DNA of 59,512 nucleotides, taken from assembly GCA_050249355.1 (NCBI GenBank), contig JBFWQQ010000002.1, positions 1-59,512 on the forward strand, given 5' to 3'. This DNA is from Alphaproteobacteria bacterium (lineage in GTDB: Bacteria > Pseudomonadota > Alphaproteobacteria > Rickettsiales > SXRF01). The position numbers and the translations under genes are program-made. Of this stretch, positions 54,381 through 59,512 are shown piece by piece. The notes below the pieces were generated by a model, which saw nothing but the letters and a program-made list of their open reading frames with translations, did not search any database and was not told where the DNA came from. Position 1 is the first letter of the stretch. Every line of letters starts with the position of its first letter.

Positions 54381-55916
54381 TTACGCCTGCAACACGATCT
54401 CTTTGTTCAAAGCTATACGCGTGAATTTTCCAGGCCGGGTAAATGCCGCCAGTGGGTCGGCGCTGTTGAGTATCTCGCCGCAGCCTGAATCCTTGTTGCC
54501 GCCAAATCCCATGCCATAGGCTGGTGTGCCGGTGCCTTTGGGTGAGTTGATCAGCGCATGCCCTGCTTCGCAATGCGCGGCGAACTCATCTGCCTCTTGC
54601 TGGCTTAACGTGTAAATACCCGCAACCAACCCGGCATTTTCCGGCGCGTTCATCAGCGCCAAACCGTTTTGCAGCGCACCTTCATACGGCACAACATATA
54701 GCAGCGGCGCAAAGGTTTCGGTGTGCATCACCGGGGTTTGCTGCGGCATCAGCACCAGTGCCGGTTCAACATAGAACGCATTCGGGAATTTTTCCGTATG
54801 CAGCCGGTTGCCGAACAGCACCGTGCCGCCTTCTTCGGTGGCCTGCTGTTTGGCGTGCTCAAAATTGCCGAACTCAATGGAGTCGATCAGCGCACCATAA
54901 CCGAACGAGTTGGCACGGTCGAACCCGTCGCCGGTGCTATACTGGCTCAGGAAGTTCTCGATCTCGTTCTTGAATGTGGCCACCACCTCACCCAGCTTGC
55001 TGGCATGCACGATGATACGGCGGGTGTTGGTGCAGCGCTGGCCGGTCGTACCCAGAAACGATTGCATGATGGCCGCCACCGACCATGCGATATGTTCGGG
55101 TGTCACATGCTCGCCGATGATCACGCCGTTATTGCCGCCCAGCTCCAGTATTGGGTGCAGCGTGTTGTTCTTTTTATCGCTTAAAGTCTGCTGGATGCCC
55201 TTACCCATGCCGACGCTGCCGGTCGCGCTGATGATATCGACATCTTCATGCGCCACCATCGGCCCGCCGACCGCATGCCGGTCGCCAATGGCCACCTGCA
55301 GCAGATCGGCAAATGCCGGTAACGCCTTATCGAACACCGCTTTGCAGGCCAGTGCGGATAGCGGAGTTTTTTCCGACGGTTTCCAGATGATGCCGTTACC
55401 GGCAATAAAGGCCGCACCGGCTGTCCAGTGCGCCACCACCATAGGGAAATTGAAAGAGGTTATAAGCCCGACAATGCCAGCCGGCGGGCGTTCCTTGATG
55501 CGCTGGATGGCGCCGACATCGGGCAGCGTGGTATCAGCGATCGCTTTGAGCAGTACATCGGCCGAAGCGCCAGCCTCGCCTGCCGCTTCCTTCGGTGTTT
55601 TACCTGCTTCAATATGTATAATGTCAGCCAGATGCTGCTGGTTGTCTTTGAGCGCCTTGGCATATGTCTCGACCAGCTTTACCCGGCCGCGTCGCGGCAG
55701 GGAAGAAAAACGTTGCTGAGCAGCTTTAGCGCGGGCAACCTTCTCATTCAATGAAGCTGTATCATCCAGCGGGATATGCGCAACATTCTCGCCCGTCCAT
55801 GGTGTCGTGACCTTAAGCCCCTGCAGGGTTTCAAGGTTCACATCACTGCCTAAGCTACGGAAAATTTCAATTACTCTGCTGTGTGTTGTCATGGAGTGAG
55901 CATAGCGGGTATTCAT
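54381..55916 (-). CDS. Aldehyde dehydrogenase family protein (ALDH7/AmaB-like catalytic-loop context)
   Basis: 511 aa. Has ELGGNN and GTTGQRCTNTRR (catalytic Cys). The alternative start Met9 at 55892 would open a promoter gap. Confidence 0.8.
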   Translation of the reverse strand: MNTRYAHSMTTHSRVIEIFRSLGSDVNLETLQGLKVTTPWTGENVAHIPLDDTASLNEKVARAKAAQQRFSSLPRRGRVKLVETYAKALKDNQQHLADIIHIEAGKTPKEAAGEAGASADVLLKAIADTTLPDVGAIQRIKERPPAGIVGLITSFNFPMVVAHWTAGAAFIAGNGIIWKPSEKTPLSALACKAVFDKALPAFADLLQVAIGDRHAVGGPMVAHEDVDIISATGSVGMGKGIQQTLSDKKNNTLHPILELGGNNGVIIGEHVTPEHIAWSVAAIMQSFLGTTGQRCTNTRRIIVHASKLGEVVATFKNEIENFLSQYSTGDGFDRANSFGYGALIDSIEFGNFEHAKQQATEEGGTVLFGNRLHTEKFPNAFYVEPALVLMPQQTPVMHTETFAPLLYVVPYEGALQNGLALMNAPENAGLVAGIYTLSQQEADEFAAHCEAGHALINSPKGTGTPAYGMGFGGNKDSGCGEILNSADPLAAFTRPGKFTRIALNKEIVLQA

Positions 55917-55917
55917 T

Positions 55918-56280
55918 ATGAATCAATATGACTTTGCACGCAGCCAACATTGCTTTAGACTGGTTCCAGCTACTGAAAGATACGCTATGCCCACACTGAT
56001 ATGCAGGAACATCATCTATTACTCGCCCTTAGATGAACAGGCTTTTTTTGAGTGGGTTAAGCGAATCCCATGTATCAGCAAGATAACCGGTACGGGAAAT
56101 GCATTACAACTGGAAATAGCCGACACAATACTTACCGATGATGAACTACGCGAGCTGCTGTCACTGTTCTATCGCTACGACATAGATATGAAGCAACTGG
56201 CACAGTTTGCCACAAAAGAGAATGCTGTATGGTTTAAAGAAAACCACACCGCATATTGGCATAAAAAAGTTTTCGGCTAG
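55918..56280 (+). CDS. Hypothetical protein
   Basis: 120 aa with no recognisable motif. The internal start at 55987 (MPTLICRN) is likely, because 55918 leaves a 1-nt divergent gap. The 3' end overlaps the nrdB stop by 4 nt. Confidence 0.5.
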   Translation: MNQYDFARSQHCFRLVPATERYAMPTLICRNIIYYSPLDEQAFFEWVKRIPCISKITGTGNALQLEIADTILTDDELRELLSLFYRYDIDMKQLAQFATKENAVWFKENHTAYWHKKVFG

Positions 56281-57362
56281 GCTGCCACGCCCTTATGCTT
56301 CACATCGAACGATGCCCACACGCCGCCCTCGCCGTGCCACTCGCCTTTGGTGGCGCCTTTGGAATATTCGGTGGCGCGCGCCTCGAAAAAGTTGGCATGC
56401 TCGACACCGTTGAGCATGGCCGACAGCCACGGTAACGGATGTTCTTTTTCCTGCGTGTATTCGCCCGCTTCGCCAGCGAAGTAGCCATACACCGGGCGCA
56501 GCTTCAGTTGGGTCAGGCGCCAGTCGCAGATATAGCGCACATAGTTCTGGATATCTTTTGCGGTCATGCCTTCCACCGCACCCAGCCCGAAGGCCAGCTC
56601 GATGAATTTATCTTCCAGCCCCACCATGGTCTTGCCGACCTCGGTGATGTCATCGGCCACCGATTTGGTGACAGCCCCGGTTTCCTTGGCCCATTCGTGA
56701 TACAGGTGGATCACCGATTCGCAGTGCAGCGATTCATCGCGCACCGACCATGACACGATCTGGCCCATGCCCTTCATTTTGTTAAAACGCGGGAAATTCA
56801 TCAGCATGGCAAAACTGGCAAACAGCGCCATACCCTCGGTGAACGCGCCGAACATGGCCAGCGTGCGCGCCACATCGGCGCAGGTACTGGTGCCGAAACT
56901 ATGCATATAATCGGTTTTATTACGCAGGCATTCATAATCGCGGAACGCTTCAAATTCGGTTTTCGGCATGCCGAGCGTTTTGAGCAGCAGCGCATAGGCG
57001 TCGATATGCACGGTTTCCATGTTGGTGAACGCCGCCATCATCATCTGCACTTCCAGCGGCTGGAAAATGGGAATGTAACGCTTGAAATAGTTGTCGCTCA
57101 CCTCAATATCCGACTGGGTGAAGAAACGGAAAATCTGCGTCAGCAAATTACGGTCTTCTGCGGTCAGGCGCGTGCCGTTCCAGTCTTTCACATCTTCGCC
57201 CAGCGGCACTTCTTCACCCATCCAGTGGATCTGCTGCTGGCGTTTCCATGCGTCATACGCCCACGGGTAGCGCTCGACATCGTAGGTGCCGGTGGTTTCA
57301 AGTAATCCGATCACGCCTTTGCCTTGCAGCTCCAGCGGGTTCTTTTTACTGTAATCGGTCAT
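56277..57362 (-). CDS. nrdB: Ribonucleotide reductase beta subunit (class I, tyrosyl-radical type)
   Basis: 361 aa. The metal and radical motif is NMETVHIDAY (ExxHxxxY), followed by RDESLH. Confidence 0.9.
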   Translation of the reverse strand: MTDYSKKNPLELQGKGVIGLLETTGTYDVERYPWAYDAWKRQQQIHWMGEEVPLGEDVKDWNGTRLTAEDRNLLTQIFRFFTQSDIEVSDNYFKRYIPIFQPLEVQMMMAAFTNMETVHIDAYALLLKTLGMPKTEFEAFRDYECLRNKTDYMHSFGTSTCADVARTLAMFGAFTEGMALFASFAMLMNFPRFNKMKGMGQIVSWSVRDESLHCESVIHLYHEWAKETGAVTKSVADDITEVGKTMVGLEDKFIELAFGLGAVEGMTAKDIQNYVRYICDWRLTQLKLRPVYGYFAGEAGEYTQEKEHPLPWLSAMLNGVEHANFFEARATEYSKGATKGEWHGEGGVWASFDVKHKGVAA

Positions 57363-57382
57363 TGGTTGTTCTCCCTTTTATT

Positions 57383-57520
57383 CGTCATTGCGAGCGTTAG
57401 CGAAGCAATCAAATTCTTCCTTTTTCATTATGAGGCATAGCCGAAGAATTTTTAAGATCCTTCGCTTTGCTCAGGATGAAAGGTCTGGATTGCCGCGTCG
57501 CTACACTCCTCGCAATGACG
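57383..57520. repeat. 138-bp nested palindromic element (family R2 arms enclosing further hairpins) in the nrdA-nrdB spacer
   Basis: The outer arms are cgtcattgcgagcgttagcgaagcaatc and ggattgccgcgtcgctacactcctcgcaatgacg. Inside is a perfect 9-bp stem aaattcttc/gaagaattt (57411-57419 with 57444-57452), plus atcct/aggat. Confidence 0.85.
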
Positions 57521-57524
57521 GTTA

Positions 57525-59456
57525 TCATTGGCAAGCCAGACACTCTTCATAATCGGTCTTGGCGGCTTGCTGCATACCGGTAGCGGCTGTTTCTTTTTTA
57601 CCGACCTTTTCTGCGCGCTGGATGGATTTCGAGCGGCAGTAATAGAGGCTTTTCACGCCACGCTCCCACGCCATCCAATGCAGCATGAGTAAGTCCCACT
57701 TGTCGATATCGGCGGGCAGGAACAGGTTGATCGACTGGCCCTGACAGATGTAAGGCGAGCGGTCACCAGCGAATTCCACGATCCACCGCTGGTCGATCTC
57801 GAACGCCGTTTTATAGGTATCTTTCTCATCCTGTGTCAGGAAATCGAGGTGCTGTACCGAGCCTTCATGCTCGACGATGGACTGCCAGGTGGCGTCATCG
57901 TTCTTGCCTTTTTCGTCCAGCAGTTTGGCAAGGTAGCGATTCTTCACCGAGAAGTTACCGGACAGGGTTTTGTGGGTATAGACGTTGGCCGGGATCGGCT
58001 CGATACAGGCCGACGTGCCGCCGCAGATGATGCTGATCGAGGCAGTCGGCGCGATCGCCATCTTGTGCGAGAAGCGCGCCTTGATGCCGCGTTCTTCGGC
58101 ATCCGGGCAGGCACCGCGCTCTTCGGCCAGCTTCACCGAAGCGGCATCGGCCTGACGGCGGATATGACGGAACATGCGCATGTTCCACGATTTGGCCACC
58201 GCACTTTCAAACGGTATGCCTTTTTGCTGCAACAGTGAGTGGAAACCCATCAGCCCCAGCCCCACCGAGCGTTCGCGCATGGCGGAATATTTGGCGCGCG
58301 CCATACCGTCCGGCGCCTGCTCGATAAAATCGGTCAGTACGTTATCGAGCATGCGCATCACGTCTTCGATCATCTGCGGATGATCGTGCCACTCGTCCCA
58401 TGTTTCGGCGTTGAGCGACGACAGGCAGCACACCGCCGTGCGGTCTTTGCCCAGATGGTCAGGCCCGGTATGCAGCAATATCTCGCTGCACAGGTTGGAC
58501 ATGCGCACCTTCATGCCCAGCTCACGCTGGTGCTTGGGCAAGAATTTGTTGGCGGTGTCGATATAGATCAGGTACGGCTCGCCGGTCTGGATGCGGATCT
58601 CGAGAATTTTCTGGAACAGCTTGCGGGCATTCACCGTTTTTATCACCTCATCGGTTTTCGGGCTGCGCAGGCCGAACTCGCTGTCGGTGCGCACGGCTTC
58701 CATGAATTCATCGGTGATGTTGATGCCGTGGTGCAGGTTCAGGCTTTTGCGGTTAAAGTCACCCGACGGCTTGCGGATCTCAAGGAATTCCTCGATCTCC
58801 GGGTGATGTACATCGAGATACACCGCCGCCGAACCACGGCGCAGCGAACCTTGCGAAATGGCCAGCGTCAGCGAATCCATCACGCGCACGAACGGAATGA
58901 TACCGGAGGTTTTGCCGGCACGGCCCACTTTTTCGCCGACGCCACGGACAAAGCCCCAATAGGTGCCAATGCCGCCGCCGTTGGAGGCTAATAATACGTT
59001 CTCGTTCCAGGTGGAAACGATGCCGTCCAGCGAATCGGACACGGTGTTGAGGAAGCAGGAGATAGGCAGTCCGCGCTTGGCGCCGCCGTTCGACAGGATG
59101 GGGGTGGACGGCATGAACCACAGCTGCGAAATATAGTCATACAGGCGCTGGGCATGGTGTTTATCATCAGCATAGGCGCAGGCGACGCGTGCGAACATGC
59201 TCTGGTAGGTCTCGCCCTCCAGCAGGTAGCGGTCGTCCAGCGTGGCTTTGCCAAAATCGGTAAGCAGGTGGTCACGGTCATAATTCAGTGTCAGGTCGGA
59301 TATCTTGACCTTGGTGCGCACTTCTTTGGCCGGCGCGGCCGATTTTTTATAGAGTTCTTTTTGCTCTTTGGTCTGAGGGAATTTCAATACGGTCTCGGTC
59401 GGATCGTAACTGATGAGGTTCCCATTTCTGTCGAAATCATAGGCGTTTGTCAGCAT
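57525..59456 (-). CDS. nrdA: Ribonucleoside-diphosphate reductase alpha subunit (short form, no recognisable ATP-cone)
   Basis: 643 aa. Has PSTPILSNGG, NLCSEI, and a C-terminal CxxC-type tail (YEECLACQ). The N-terminal 60 aa do not resemble an ATP-cone. Confidence 0.9.
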   Translation of the reverse strand: MLTNAYDFDRNGNLISYDPTETVLKFPQTKEQKELYKKSAAPAKEVRTKVKISDLTLNYDRDHLLTDFGKATLDDRYLLEGETYQSMFARVACAYADDKHHAQRLYDYISQLWFMPSTPILSNGGAKRGLPISCFLNTVSDSLDGIVSTWNENVLLASNGGGIGTYWGFVRGVGEKVGRAGKTSGIIPFVRVMDSLTLAISQGSLRRGSAAVYLDVHHPEIEEFLEIRKPSGDFNRKSLNLHHGINITDEFMEAVRTDSEFGLRSPKTDEVIKTVNARKLFQKILEIRIQTGEPYLIYIDTANKFLPKHQRELGMKVRMSNLCSEILLHTGPDHLGKDRTAVCCLSSLNAETWDEWHDHPQMIEDVMRMLDNVLTDFIEQAPDGMARAKYSAMRERSVGLGLMGFHSLLQQKGIPFESAVAKSWNMRMFRHIRRQADAASVKLAEERGACPDAEERGIKARFSHKMAIAPTASISIICGGTSACIEPIPANVYTHKTLSGNFSVKNRYLAKLLDEKGKNDDATWQSIVEHEGSVQHLDFLTQDEKDTYKTAFEIDQRWIVEFAGDRSPYICQGQSINLFLPADIDKWDLLMLHWMAWERGVKSLYYCRSKSIQRAEKVGKKETAATGMQQAAKTDYEECLACQ

Positions 59457-59485
59457 ACCTCTCCCCCTGTTTATTAATAGTTATT

Positions 59486-59501
59486 TAGATATATATTGTG
59501 T
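59486..59501 (-). promoter_or_regulatory. Possible NrdR box upstream of nrdA
   Basis: The sequence tagatatatattgtgt matches the right half and AT core of the NrdR-box palindrome (acacwatatatwgtgt). The left half is degenerate. It lies 30 nt upstream of the nrdA ATG. The window ends at 59512, so a second box cannot be checked. Confidence 0.35.
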
Positions 59502-59512
59502 GTATTCCTGTT

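Overview
This is a 59.5 kb chromosomal segment that looks alphaproteobacterial, based on the aa3 oxidase operon ctaC-ctaD-ctaB-ctaG-ctaE-DUF983, the lgt/NDUFAF7-like/pgeF operon, and DUF1058-type SH3 and TspO genes. It is moderately GC-rich and densely coding. I saw no rRNA, tRNA, CRISPR array, transposase, integrase or phage genes.

The window has two parts.

(1) Positions 1 to about 21.7 kb form an accessory-looking glycoconjugate locus built around a legionaminic-acid-type nonulosonate pathway. The pathway genes are a CBS-domain nucleotidyltransferase, a NeuC-like hydrolysing 2-epimerase, a NeuB-like synthase and a NeuA-like CMP-transferase. Tailoring genes include:
- a WbuX/PseA-type amidotransferase with HisH/HisF paralogues
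- two SAM methyltransferases
- a FAD oxidoreductase
- a FemAB/GNAT-like protein
- Gfo/Idh/MocA and SDR oxidoreductases
- an acyltransferase-3 protein

The locus also holds a small PglC-type initiating transferase, a Wzy_C ligase-like protein, three poorly characterised genes (GT-B-like, methyltransferase-fold-like, and a polytopic membrane protein with an NHL propeller), and an HpcH-aldolase-like gene start/stop-overlapped with murJ.

(2) Positions 21.7 to 59.5 kb are housekeeping genes: cysK/moeB/Rrf2, dut-coaBC, mutS, maeB-tspO, the cta operon, tldD, lgt operon, ilvE, pgsA, recJ, LOG, astB, a ygaVP-like sulfur module, an ALDH and nrdAB.

The most unusual thing I can see directly is a set of short palindromic repeat families. 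One 73-bp family has 5 to 6 copies in the window. It lies in frame inside coaBC and recJ and supplies the stop codon of pgsA, which resembles the behaviour of Rickettsia palindromic elements.

All functional calls rest on motif recognition in the supplied translations. No database search was run.
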